A DNA stretch of 64,000 nucleotides. Origin: Rebecca billardiae RCC1528 (lineage: Eukaryota; Protista; Haptophyta). This document shows, one piece after another, positions 1 to 10,979 of the stretch. The translations under genes were made by a program, and so were the position numbers. The first letter of the stretch is position 1. Each line of letters begins with the position of its first letter. The notes below the pieces were generated by a model. It saw only the letters and a program-made list of their open reading frames with translations. It had not been told where the DNA came from and ran no database searches. Location: positions 620,001-684,000 of the forward strand of contig OZ251232.1 of the NCBI GenBank assembly GCA_965240325.2. Direction: 5' to 3'.

Positions 1-42
1 GTGTCCCCACGCCCCGCCCGGGCGCGCGGGCATCGGACGCAC

Positions 43-2177
43 CGGAAGCGTGGGCGCAGGTTGTACAGGAAGCGGTAGGTGAGCTGCATGGCGCTCAGCT
101 CCTCCTCCTCCTCCTCTGCCGCTTCCTCGGCTGCCCCCTGCACCTCACCCGCGCCCGTATCGTCGCGCTGCCGCCGCGAGGCGGCCGAGGCGGCCGAGGC
201 GCGCGAACGGCTGCGGTGCGTGCCGGGCGCCGAGCTGCCGCCGCTCTCCCGGGCCTCCCACAGCGGCGGGAGGGGCGGCACCGGCGGCTGGTGCCTCGGC
301 GCGCCCGGCTCGTCGCCGTCGAGCGCGGGCAGCGGCGCCCACTCCACGCCGCCGCCACAGGCGCCGCCGCCGAGCTCTGCGGCGCTGATCAGCCCGCCCG
401 CGCCACCCTCGGCGGGGCGCGAGGGCGGTGGAGGCTCTGCACTCTCGCTCGCCCAGCCCCAGCTCAGCTCCTCCGCGCGGCGGCCGCGCGCGAAGCTGCC
501 GTTCTCCGCGATGGTCGTCTCCGTCTCGGCCTCGTCCGCCTCCGACGGCGGGACCAGCACGATCGGCACGCTCTGCCGCGAGGAGCGGCCGTAGCCGAGG
601 CCGTCGCCGCGCGAGAGGCGCGCGGAGGAGCGGCGGATGCTCGCGCGTGAGGTGCCCACGCCCTTGGACACGGCGAACGGCCGCCGCCGCCGCGTGCGCC
701 GGCGGTGCAGGAGGCACGCGTACGCCGCGTAGGACGCGCACAGGCAGAGCACGATCAGGGGCAGCACGCCCCAGTACCACACGCTCACCCCGCCGGGCGT
801 GGCGGAGAGCAGGGTGGACATGGTCAGCGTGGGCCTTGCGCCACTGGCCCCGACGCCGCTCGCAGCGGCGGCGGTGTCGGCGCCGTCCTCCTCTTCGCCG
901 CCGTCGGTGTCGTCGTCACCCTCCTCGTCGTCGCCACCGCCGTTGACGCTCGCCGAGACGCCCGCAGGCTCGAGCTCGGGCGGGGGCGAGGGCGGGGGCG
1001 AGGGCGGTGGGAGCGGCGGCGGTGCGGGCGGTGCGGACGGCGGCGGGCTGGGCGGCGGTGCGGGTGGCGGGCGAGGCGGCAAGCCGGGCGGCGGGCTCGG
1101 CGGCGGTGATGGTGGGCGCGCGGGTGGTGGCAAGGGTGGTGGTGAGGGCGGTGGTCTCGGTGGCTGGCCGGGCGGCGGACTTGGCGGCGGGCTTGGCGGT
1201 GGGCTCGGCGGGAGACCTGGTGGCGGACTTGGCGGTCGACGTGGCGGTGGACTTGGCGGCGGGCTTGGCGGCGGGCTCGGCGGGGAGCTTGGTGGCGGGC
1301 TTGGAGGCGGGCTCGGCGGTGGACTCGGCGGAGGGCTCGGCGGCGGGCTTGGCGGCGGGCGAGGCGGCGGGCGAGGCGGTGAGCTTGGTGGCGGGCTTGG
1401 AGGCGGGCTCGGTGGTGGACTCGGCGGAGGGCTCGGCGGCGCCCGGGGCGGCGGGCTTGGCGGCGGGCTCGGCGGCGGTGATGGCGGTGGCGGGCTCGGT
1501 GGCGGGCTTGGTGGCGGACTGGGCGTCGGCGGTGGCGCTGGAGGTAGAGGCGGGCTCGGTGGCGGCGGGGGCATCGGCGGCGGGTGCGGCGCGCACGTGT
1601 CACCCCCTGAGTAGTTGTAGCTGCCTGAGAGACACGTGTACGGGCACTCGTACGTGGTCATGCCGCGGATGGTGTTGTCGAGCTCGATGCCTGCGCCGGT
1701 GTAGACAATCGTGCACACGATGTTGTCCTCCGTGCCGGGCGGGTTGTAGAAGAGCCCTAACGTGCGCATGCACGGGCGGCAGCCCCCCCAGAGCCAAAAA
1801 GGGCCCGGGTGGCCGCGGATGTACCCGTCCTCGGCGCAGAACTCCTCGCAGTTGTCCTCGCCGCCGCCCGAGGTGAGCCAGTCCGTCCACGAGCCCTCCA
1901 TGAACGCAAACGGCCCGATGCCACAAGCCGGAACGAGCCCGTTGCCGTCCTCGCCCGTGCAGTTGTACCGCGCGCACGTGTTGTTGGGCGAGAAGGAGCC
2001 GCGACCGACCCACTCCACGACGCCCGCGTCCGAGCACCACTCGTCGACGCCGCAGAGGGTGGAGTTGATCGTCGACTGGTTGCACGTGACCAGTGTCGCA
2101 TTCGACTCGCCCGCGGACGTTGCGTGCTGCAGCCCACCCAGCGCCGCGACCGCGGCGAGGAGCCACGCTGCGCGCAT
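43..2177 (-). CDS. Type I membrane protein: signal peptide, Cys-rich ectodomain, extensin-like SPPP stalk, one TM helix, long cytoplasmic tail; first exon only, gene runs off the left edge
   Basis: Read manually (absent from the ORF track because there is no stop in the window). ATG 2177 gives MRAAWLLAAVAALGGLQHATSA, then a Cys-rich region (CNQSTINSTLCGVDEWC...ECPYTCLSG), (S/K)PPP repeats at ~975-1590, TM VWYWGVLPLIVLCLCASYAAYACLL followed by HRRRTRRRR, ending ...YRFLYNLRPRF. GT donor (GTGCGT) at 42. Confidence 0.8.
975..1590 (-). repeat. Coding tandem repeat of ~12-bp units encoding SPPP/KPPP/RPPP
   Basis: Repeated GGCGGCGGGCTY/GGTGGCGGACTY units on the + strand, with a longer duplicated block near 1285-1440. 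Confidence 0.9.
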
Positions 2178-2401
2178 CCGGGCGTGGACGGGGACGCGGT
2201 CGGTCTGTTCGGACCGTTGTTTGTGGTGCGACCGCGATCCGGGCGGTCGACCGACAAACGTGCTGCTCGGCCCGGGAAGAAAAAGAAAAAAGAATAAAAC
2301 CGCCGGTTGGCCGATCGGGACAGCCATCGTGCGCAAGGTGACGGGGGCGGCCGCGGGTTCCCGTGCCGTGCAAGACTCGGCGGGCGCGCTCGCTCACGGC
2401 C

Positions 2402-2650
2402 ATGGTGAACGGAGAGACGGGGTTTGTGCTGATCGAGTGCGACGTGCCGACGAGGGTGTTCATCGAGAAGGTCGACCGTGACTTGCGCGAGGCCGGGAGG
2501 GGTGGCGGGGACGTGGGCAAGACCTCGCTCATCCGTGAGACGCTGGACGAAACACACCTGCTCGTCTCGCGCAGCCTGCTCGAGCCACTGCAGAGGCAGA
2601 TCGAGGAGAGAAATCGCGAGAACACTTTCACTCGCGATCAGCGCAGCTGA
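2402..2650 (+). CDS. TFB5: TFIIH subunit TFB5/TTDA (GTF2H5)
   Basis: 82 aa, MVNGETGFVLIECDVPTRVFIEKVD...LIRETLDETHLLVSRSLLEPLQRQIEERNRENTF; fits the Tfb5 pattern (GVLIECD...DDTHVFV...NAF) and size. Confidence 0.85.
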   Translation: MVNGETGFVLIECDVPTRVFIEKVDRDLREAGRGGGDVGKTSLIRETLDETHLLVSRSLLEPLQRQIEERNRENTFTRDQRS

Positions 2651-3210
2651 TCTGGCCTCGCCGCGTGGCGTGCTCCCGGAGGGGCGTGCCTTTGTGTGCA
2701 GGATGCGCTGCTGCCGCGGGGAGGCGACTGTGCGAAAGCTGCATACACTGTAAGCCACGTGGGCCGATGGTCCTGACATGCTGAGTTCCTCTGCGCAGGC
2801 CGCGGAGACATGCGCGGCGGCGGCGTTGAGGCGTGGGTGCCGGGTCGGGCCTCGGGGTCCGCGATGCCTCCGCAGTCCCGACGCCGACGCCCGGGTCACG
2901 CCTCACGGCCCGACGGCGACGGGCTCAGCCTCAGGCTCAGCCCTCAGTAGTCAGTAGTCGTCTGAAAGAGTCGTCTCTCGTCATCATCGCAGGAACAGTT
3001 CGGAATAACTGCGATGATATATAGTGATTCACCGAACTGAAGCTGAGCAGATACAACAGCGCATGATATGATCAGATCAACTTACAAATAAAAACTGCCG
3101 GCGTCTGCCGGCCGCCTCCGGGCTTGTTCCTCGCGAACACTCAATCGGGCCCGGCGCGCACGAGCTGGCGGGGGCCACAACCCCCATCAGCCGCGGCGGC
3201 CGGGCTCCGG

Positions 3211-5362
3211 TCACCTCGGCGCGGGCGAGGGCGGCGCCGGCTCGCCCCTGGCACCGTTTGCGTCTCCGTCGAAGGGGTGCACCGCCGCGTCGCCGCCGAC
3301 CGCCGTGTCCTGCGCGGGCGGCACGGGCGCGGGCGCGCCGCCCTCCGCCTGCGCGTCGGCGTTCCACGCCTTGCCCGACGTCGACTGGCTCGCCGGCGCG
3401 GAGGAGGCGTTGGGCGTGCGGATGCCGCTGGTGCTGTTCTCCGTGACGAGCGCGCGGCTCGAGCGGTTCGAGCCGCCCGCGCTCGCCGAGGTGTACGACG
3501 AGCCCACGCGCAGCGCGTTGGTCGCCATCGCGGTCGCGCGGATGTCCGCCGAGCGCGTCGCCTCCGCGGCAAACGCGAGCATCTTGTGCGCCTCCTTGTT
3601 GAACGCGTCGAGGTCGCCGAAGCCCTCCTCGATGATGCCGAGCAGCTTCTGCCGGTCGCGCTCGAGGTGGCAGGTGCACATGTGCACGTCGAAGCGCGCG
3701 AACTCGCGCGTCATCCGCATCCGCGCCGCCTTGACGCGCGACTCGCCGAACGACATGACCGAGTCCTCTGCCGAGGGCAGCGGCCACAGCTCGATCCGCT
3801 CCTTGGAGCCGCCCATCTCGATGAACACGTACAGCTCGAGCACGCACCAGAGGCGCTGCAGGTACGTCTCGCCGCAGAGCACGAGGAGCGTGTTGCACCC
3901 CGCGAGCCAGATGGGCATGCACTGCAGGTTGTTCTCGATGTCGTTCTGGTCGATGCCTGCGGGCGCGCGCGCACGGCGGCGGCGGCGGCGGCAGGAGCGG
4001 CGCGGTGCGTGCGTGAGCACACGAGCGCGGGGCGAGCCGGGCAGGGCGCGCGCCCTCGGCGCGGCGCGGCGCGCGGGCTCGTGCGGGCGCGCACAGAAGC
4101 GATCGAACCACACGAGCGGCCGCCGGTTGTGCGTCGCGTAGAAGCCGTGCGCCCAGCGCTGCAGCGCCGCGTACTTTGCGTCGGGGTCGTCGTGCCAGCT
4201 GCAGCGGGGGGCGGGGCGGGGGCAGCCGAGCGAGGGTGGGCGCGCGCGTGAGCGCGGGGCCGTCGCGGCACAGCCTCTGGCGGCGAGGCGCGCGCGCGCG
4301 CGCGCGCGGGCGGGCGGGCGCGGCGGCGCACCTGTGGCTCACGAACGCGTCGACGTCGCCAAAGTGCGCGCGGAGCGTCTGCAGCGTGTGCGCCTGCGGC
4401 TCCTCGCGCGAGAGCATCTCCACCTTGATCTCGTCGGCGTACACGCACTTGAACATGGCCTCGGACTTGTCCATCAGCTCCTCGGACGTGATCGCGGTGC
4501 CGACGAGCGAGGCGATCTTGGCGGCGGAGCGCGCCTCGGCGCCCTGCGAGGCGAGCCAGGCCTGGATCCGCGCGCGCAGCTGCGTGTTCATGAACACCAG
4601 CCCGACGAGCAGCATCAGCAGGATGTGCACTATGAAGAGCACATAGGGCAGCGTGTCCACGCGCATGCCGGCAATCACGTCCGCGGCAATCAGCCCGAGC
4701 TCGAGGGCGGAGGAGGCGAAGCAGGTCTGGCCCGTGAGGCGCCACGTGCCGTCGAGGGTGGCGCGGACCGGCCGCGCGCGCACGAGCAGCATCAGCACGC
4801 CGATGCCGCCGCGCCCCCAGATGATCGCGACGAGCGAGTAGCGCACAAACTGCACGATGGCGTACCAGCACGGCATGCCCGCGGGCGCGAGCGACTCAAA
4901 CGTGCACTCGACCTCGTCGGTCTCGCCGAAGAGCCAGAGGCCGACGAGCGCGAGCACGCGCGCCACGTACATCACGCCCACCACCGTCATCGACAGCGAC
5001 GTGAACGCGGCCGTGCCCTTCACGGGCAGCGTGTCGGTCGGCAGCGGCGAGAGCAGCAGCAGCGTCGCGCCGACGAGCGCGACGATCGCGCCGATCCGTC
5101 CGACGGCCGTGTTGGATTCGGCGAAGAAGAAGCCCGCGCCGACGACGATCGACGTCACGCCGATCAGCGCCGACGGGTACTGCACGCGCGTCCGCCGCTT
5201 CTTGCCCTGGCGGCGGGCGTCCCGGAGCCTGTTACTCACCGCCGTGGGCACGACCGAGTTGCGTCGCTCGCTTGGCGCCTCGAGGTCGCTCGCGCCGAAC
5301 GGGCGCGTTTCAGGCGAATCGAGGCTGGCGGGCCGCACGGTTCCGCCCCCGATCCCTGCCAT
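3211..5362 (-). CDS. Multi-pass (~6 TM) membrane protein with a cytoplasmic TIR-like/HET-like domain
   Basis: Exons 5362-4332, 4198-4095, 3956-3211 (GTGCGC...CAG introns restore frame). Spliced motifs: DAFVSHSWHDD, WFDRFCIDQNDIENNLQCMP, LLVLCGETYLQRLWCVLEL. About six hydrophobic helices lie N-terminal to these. Confidence 0.75.
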
Positions 5363-5799
5363 GGCTCGCCTCGGAGCCAACCAGCGCTGCTCTCGTGCCC
5401 CCCCCGGCGCCTTAACAAGCCCTCATCCCTCGAACACCCGCCAAGGGTTGCAGCTCGCAACGCACGCACTCACACGCCCTGCACTGGGCACTCAGCTGGC
5501 CATTTTACCCAACCGCTATGATCCGAGCGCATCAGCAGCCTCCACGTGCAAGTTCAGACTGTGGATCCCGAAATCAGTTGAGCGACCTCGCGACCCAATA
5601 TATTAATCTGAAATCGACGACCGCTTCCCATGATTTGACGTTTCGTGGCGGGGTACGATAGTCCGGTAGGTTCAGCAACCGGACAGCCGGACAACCGCCG
5701 CCCGGCGGTTGACACCCGGACTGACTGCGATGGCGGTATCCGCTGCCACCAGTTGACGCGCCTAAACGTTCAATTGGCCAGATCACGGCCGCGAGGACG

Positions 5800-7179
5800 A
5801 TGCTGCGGGACAAGCCGGAGCCGATCAGCATCCCGCTCCCGGAGCGGTCACGCTCGTGCCTCGACAGCGCGGGCGCCGGCTGGTCTCAGCCCGGCGCCAG
5901 CATGTGCATCGACGTCACGCACTCGGCGGCGGCGAGCGACGCGCAGCAGGTGGATGCGCTCGACGCCAGCCTCGCCTCGAGCGGCGCCGCAGCCGAGATC
6001 CGGCACGAGGACCTGCAGGTGCTGAGCGTGGTGGGCCACGGCTCGAGCGGCATGGTGCAAAAAGTGCTGCACAAGCCGACCAACTCGATCCTCGCGCTCA
6101 AGGTGATCCCGCTCGTCGCGGAGGAGAGCGTGCGGCGCGCGATCCTGCTCGAGCTGCGCACGCTGCACGGCTCGCAGTGCCCGGCGATCGTCTCGTTCTA
6201 CGGCGCGTTCTACCGCGAGGGCGCGGTTCAGATCGCCCTCGAGTACATGGACGCCTCGCTCATGGACGTGCTCAAGGGCACGGGCTCGCCCATCCCCGAG
6301 CGCGTGCTGCTCGCGATGACGCTGCCGCTGCTGCAGGGCCTCGCGTACCTGCACAAGACGCGGCGCGTGATCCACCGCGACATCAAGCCGTCCAACCTGC
6401 TGATCGACAAGGACGGCTCGTGCAAGATCGCCGACTTCGGCGTGTCGGGCGAGCTGCAGTCCTCGCTCTCCAAGTGCGCGTCGTGGGTGGGCACGGTGCA
6501 CTACATGTCGCCCGAGCGGATCTCGGGCGGCAGCTACTCGTTCAACAGCGACCTGTGGTCGCTCGGCCTCTCGCTGCTCGAGCTGGCGGGCGGGCGCTTC
6601 CCGTACCCGCCGACGCACAGCGACCAGCGGCTGGGCTTCTGGGACCTGGTGCGCCGTGCGCAGCCGCCGCCGCGCGGGCACGCGCGCCGCGCCGGCTCGC
6701 TCGCTCACCGCCGCTCCGCCCCGCGCGCGCGCGCGCGCGCTCCCGCCGCCCGCGGCCGCGTCGCAGCTCGAGCACATCGTGGAGGAGCCGGCGCCGACAA
6801 TCCCGGCGCATCTGTCGCCGCCGTTTGCGGACTTCCTGCGCCAATGCCTGCAGAAGGAGCCCGAGCGCAGGCCATCGACCACCGAGCTGCTCGAGCACGA
6901 GTGGGTGCGCTCAGCGGCGGAGCTGCCGCGCGACGAGCTGCTGCACTGGAGTCAGGATGTGCTCGCGAGGGTGCGCGCGCGCGCCGAGCGCCGAGCGCCG
7001 ATGCCGACGCGGTGCCCGGGCGCCGCGCTCGCTGCTTACGTGCATTGCCCGTGCCCCTCGCGCGGCGCTCCTCGCCACGCGCGCAGTTGCCACCTCGCGG
7101 CGTCGAGGGCGACGTGGAGCACTCAACGGACGCCATGGACGCGTCTATGCAGGCGGGCGCGGGCGCGATGATGCAATAA
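5800..7179 (+). CDS. MAP kinase kinase (STE7/MKK family)
   Basis: Exons 5800-6648, 6767-6970, 7087-7179. GHGSSG loop, ALKVI, HRDIKPSN, DFGVSGELQSSLSKCASWVGTVHYMSPERI (S-x5-S activation loop as in plant MKKs), SDLWSLG. Confidence 0.92.
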   Translation: MLRDKPEPISIPLPERSRSCLDSAGAGWSQPGASMCIDVTHSAAASDAQQVDALDASLASSGAAAEIRHEDLQVLSVVGHGSSGMVQKVLHKPTNSILALKVIPLVAEESVRRAILLELRTLHGSQCPAIVSFYGAFYREGAVQIALEYMDASLMDVLKGTGSPIPERVLLAMTLPLLQGLAYLHKTRRVIHRDIKPSNLLIDKDGSCKIADFGVSGELQSSLSKCASWVGTVHYMSPERISGGSYSFNSDLWSLGLSLLELAGGRFPYPPTHSDQRLGFWDLVRRAQPPPRGHARRAGSLAHRRSAPRARARAPAARGRVAARAHRGGAGADNPGASVAAVCGLPAPMPAEGARAQAIDHRAARARVGALSGGAAARRAAALESGCAREGARARRAPSADADAVPGRRARCLRALPVPLARRSSPRAQLPPRGVEGDVEHSTDAMDASMQAGAGAMMQ

Positions 7180-7726
7180 CACCGCGTGATGCCTGCGCGG
7201 CACGCACAGCACAGTCTGTCGTCTGAACGGAGCGGGCGGAACATGCGGCGCGCGTGCTCGCTGCACGCTCGCGCTGCACTGGTGGCGCGTGAGCCTGCGT
7301 TGCCGGGCCAGGCCGCTGTGGCCGCGCTGGCGAAGCCGAGTCGCCAGCACGTACGCCACTGACTACTGAGTGACTGCTGCGGACTGCTGCTGATTGCCGA
7401 TTGGCATCGGGGCCGGGCCTCCGAGACCGAGTCAGCCGCACCGCGCACGGCCACGGTCAGCAGCCGTCCGGGCGGGTCCGCGCCGGCGCCGGAGACACGG
7501 GATCAGACGGGCTGGAATTGGATCGGGTACGTAAAGTTTACTACGTCGAACGTAGCTGATGACGGTGTACAGTACACGTATGTCGTATATATACATCGCG
7601 GATGATATGGCGGCGGCGCGGACGATATTGATCACGTCGTCAGCAGTGAGAGCAGACAGTCACGCGTACTCGTGCAGTGTCATAGCCTGTGTCTGTGACT
7701 TGGGTCTGGGAGGCTGTGAATCAGAC

Positions 7727-8485
7727 TCACGACGCGGCAGTGCCAGCGGGCGGCTCATCCCCGGCCCCATCTGTGGCGTCGCCGCTGGGCACGGCCTCGA
7801 CGAATTCGAACCCTTCGTCCTCGTTCGGGCCGCTCGTTGGCGGTGGTGGCGCGTGGCCGTGCTGCTCGGCGCCATGCGCGTCGACGTAGATGGGCTGCAG
7901 CGACGCGAGTGTCGTCGCGTTGTGCTTGGCGAGCACCTTGCGCAGCCTGCAGTATCGCACACTGCACACGGCTGCGACGACGAGCAAGATGGCGATGAGC
8001 GAGAAGCACACGCCAAGCATGACGGCAGGGTCGATATGGATCGGATGCCGCTTCGCGTGGTGCTGGCGGATCGGCGGCTTGTGCACCTTGGGCGGTGGCG
8101 CAGACGGCGCCTTGGCGGGCTCAGAGGCCACATGGGCGGGCGGAGGCTTGGGTGACGCCGGGGCACCAGAGCTGTGTGGACGGGAGTCGTCGGCTGCTGA
8201 GGTGATGCGATCCAAGCCCGACTTGACCGCGCCTTTGCCGGCATTGATGAGCGCGTCAGTAACGCCGGCCTCGTCGGCTGCCTTCTTGACCGCGATCGCT
8301 GTTTCAGCTGCGCTGCGCGCTGCCTCCGCCGCACTTTTCGCAGCCTCCGTGACATCCTTGGTGGTAGAGGCGATCGCGTCCTTCGCCGAGCGCACGCGAT
8401 GCGACAGCTGATCCACTGTCCGCCCGTCCGCGACCGTCAGCACCATCGCCAGCCACACGGCCGCCTTGGCCGCCCACCTCCCCAT
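7727..8485 (-). CDS. Small type I membrane protein of unknown function (252 aa)
   Basis: Signal-like N-terminus (MGRWAAKAAVWLAMVLTVADG), helical Ala/Lys-rich segment, Pro-rich linker, TM PAVMLGVCFSLIAILLVVAAVCSV followed by RYCRLRK; coding-like codon usage. Confidence 0.7.
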   Translation of the reverse strand: MGRWAAKAAVWLAMVLTVADGRTVDQLSHRVRSAKDAIASTTKDVTEAAKSAAEAARSAAETAIAVKKAADEAGVTDALINAGKGAVKSGLDRITSAADDSRPHSSGAPASPKPPPAHVASEPAKAPSAPPPKVHKPPIRQHHAKRHPIHIDPAVMLGVCFSLIAILLVVAAVCSVRYCRLRKVLAKHNATTLASLQPIYVDAHGAEQHGHAPPPPTSGPNEDEGFEFVEAVPSGDATDGAGDEPPAGTAAS

Positions 8486-8622
8486 GGCTGCGCCCTGCAG
8501 TGCTTTGGGCGGGCGTGAGCCGGCGTCAACAGTGCTGCTGGTCGACTCTCGGCGGGTGTCTCGTCAAAGCGTTTGCCGCTCTCCAGCGATGGTCCGAGGA
8601 CGAACCAGGGTGCTGCGTCAGC

Positions 8623-10035
8623 ATGGCACCCAGGACCGCCGGGTGGGCGCCGGTCCTGCTGCTGTTGCTCACGTACGCGGCGCTCGCCCTGTCGGGTGGG
8701 CCCGTGCCGGATGCGTCGACAATCTGCAGCGATGGTGCAGCCCTCGCCGGCATCCCCTTCCCCTTCGACCCCGCCTCCAGCCGCGCCTTCACGCCGTATG
8801 AGTTCCAGACGTCCAAGGGCCCGATGGTGCCCGCCACGGTGATGGCGGCCGTGTACGAGGCGCGCGCGAGCGCGCTCTGCGCCCGGCTCGTGGCGAACGC
8901 GACGCTTGCCAAGCTCGTGCGCGACGCCACGTCCGACGGCGTCGCCGTCGGCCCGGTCGCCGTCGACCCGAGCGCATGGCTCGCCAAGCGCGTGGCGGCT
9001 GGCGTCGAGGGCCCGGCCCAGCTGCTTGCGCTGCCGCCCATCCGCGCGCTCCGCGAGGCGTACTTTGCGGGCGCGCGGGATCGGAAGCTGGAGGCCCGCA
9101 TGCAGCCCCGTGTAGGCGACCTGGCGATCAGCGAGGCGTTCTGGGCGCTTGACACGCCCGCGCGCACGCCGTCCGCGGCCACGCTGGCCGCTGCGCTCGG
9201 CGAGGGCGCCGAGGCCGACCCGGTCGCGCGCGCGATGTACGAGGGATTGGCGCGCGACGGCTTCGTGCAGGTGGAGCGGTGGAGCCCGCTCGACATCGAC
9301 CGGCTGGAGAACCTCGCGATGGGGGCGCTCGACGACGCGGAGCGCGCGCGCGCCGCCGCGGGCAAGCGGTGGGAGCCGTTCGTGACGGCGACGCACAAGG
9401 AGATTGGCCCGCTGCTGCGGCCGCTGCTCGGGAACAGCTCGCTCGTGCGCGCGCTGGGCGCGTACGTCGACCCGGACACGGCGGCGGAGGCGGGGAGCGC
9501 GCACGCGCTGCCGGCGTGCTGCTCGTACGGCTACCAGCTGCTCCGACTCGCGCCGAACGCGACGGAGCACGGCTCGTACCTCTCGAGCCACTGGCACCAC
9601 GACCGCGCGGGCCGGCGGCTCAAGCTCTTCATCTTCCTGCACGACGTCGACCCGGCGCACGGCCGGCCGACGGTGGTCGCGCGCGGCACGCAGGGGTATA
9701 TGTACTACTCGTCGCACCAGCTGGACGACACGCGCTTCGCCCACGGCTGGGTGCGCTCGGCGCTCGACGCCGTGCCGATGGGCGGCCCGCGCGGCGGCGG
9801 GTTTGTCTTTGACACCAACACGCTGCACAAGGGGGAGCACCTGGGCACGCGCGCGCGCTCGACCGTCATCGTCGAGATCGACCGGCCGACGCGGTGCACG
9901 GCGCTCAGGAGCGCGCTGGGCGCGTTGCACAGGCGCGAGTGGATGATGTACCCGTGCCCCTCGTCCAAGAGCCTGCGGTCGGCGTCGAGCGAGGCCATCA
10001 AGAAGTGCGGCAAGAAGCAGCTCCGCCTCCGGTGA
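8623..10035 (+). CDS. Secretory-pathway PhyH-like Fe(II)/2-oxoglutarate dioxygenase
   Basis: ATG 8623 gives a signal peptide (MAPRTAGWAPVLLLLLTYAALALS). HxD motif in WHHDRAGRRLKLFIFLHDVD, PTVVARGT, distal His in FVFDTNTLHKG, then RSTVIVE. Confidence 0.78.
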   Translation: MAPRTAGWAPVLLLLLTYAALALSGGPVPDASTICSDGAALAGIPFPFDPASSRAFTPYEFQTSKGPMVPATVMAAVYEARASALCARLVANATLAKLVRDATSDGVAVGPVAVDPSAWLAKRVAAGVEGPAQLLALPPIRALREAYFAGARDRKLEARMQPRVGDLAISEAFWALDTPARTPSAATLAAALGEGAEADPVARAMYEGLARDGFVQVERWSPLDIDRLENLAMGALDDAERARAAAGKRWEPFVTATHKEIGPLLRPLLGNSSLVRALGAYVDPDTAAEAGSAHALPACCSYGYQLLRLAPNATEHGSYLSSHWHHDRAGRRLKLFIFLHDVDPAHGRPTVVARGTQGYMYYSSHQLDDTRFAHGWVRSALDAVPMGGPRGGGFVFDTNTLHKGEHLGTRARSTVIVEIDRPTRCTALRSALGALHRREWMMYPCPSSKSLRSASSEAIKKCGKKQLRLR

Positions 10036-10775
10036 GTGAGACTCGATCTGCGCTGACTGCCGAGTGCCGAGTGCTGTGACTCTACTTTATCGTCATATCA
10101 CAGCAGCAGTCGATTAGATCGATGATCGACTACTATATAGGGCGCTTGCGCCGATTCCGATAAGTATGACCGACGAGCAGCGCAGCAGATCGCTGAGATA
10201 GCAGCAGTTGCGCGCGCGCGCGCGTCAGACATATATGTGGGGTTATTGGTACAATAACTGATTGTCTAAGAGGACGACAAGAACGCCGGGCGCCAGCGCC
10301 GCTCATCAGCCACATCGCCCTCTACCAGACCATCGCCTCAAAGGGCGCTGCTCCCGGACAAACAGTCTGTCCGGGTTGTTCTGCCGCCCAGGAGATCGAT
10401 TTCCGGCGCCGGCCTCTGCCGCCTGCTTCGCCAGGCGCGGCGTGCGAGATGGCTCCAGCCAAGCTCGTCCTGCGTCGCCGGCGGCGGCGGCTCGCACGCG
10501 GGTGGCGCGTCGCGTGCACCGACCAACATCTTTCGGCAACGTCTCGTCGACGGCGAGCGGCATGCCCACCGCATCTGCTGCCGCTCGCCAAGGCATGAGG
10601 ACACGTAAATCCCACTGAGTAGGAACACACGCAGCCGCCTCGGCATCGACATGCCAGGCGGCGTGCCCACCTTCGGCCAGCAGTTGGCGTCGGCGTTCAG
10701 GAGGACGGCTAGACATATATATATTCTGCGCTTTGTCATCTGCTCGCGCGCGCGATTGCTTCACTAATGCTTGCG

Positions 10776-10915
<140 letters not shown>

Positions 10916-10979
10916 CATAGCAGTTGGCGCGGAATTCATCATATCATCGAAATCGCGCGAATAACGAATAATCGATATA

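Noticed and set aside
799-1614. Gly-rich GGGL repeat ORF on the + strand
   Set aside because: It is the antisense of the SPPP stalk; the minus frame has the signal peptide, Cys domain and TM helix.
10262-10764. Short ORFs between the dioxygenase and the (TA)n tract
   Set aside because: No consistent coding bias or recognisable motifs.
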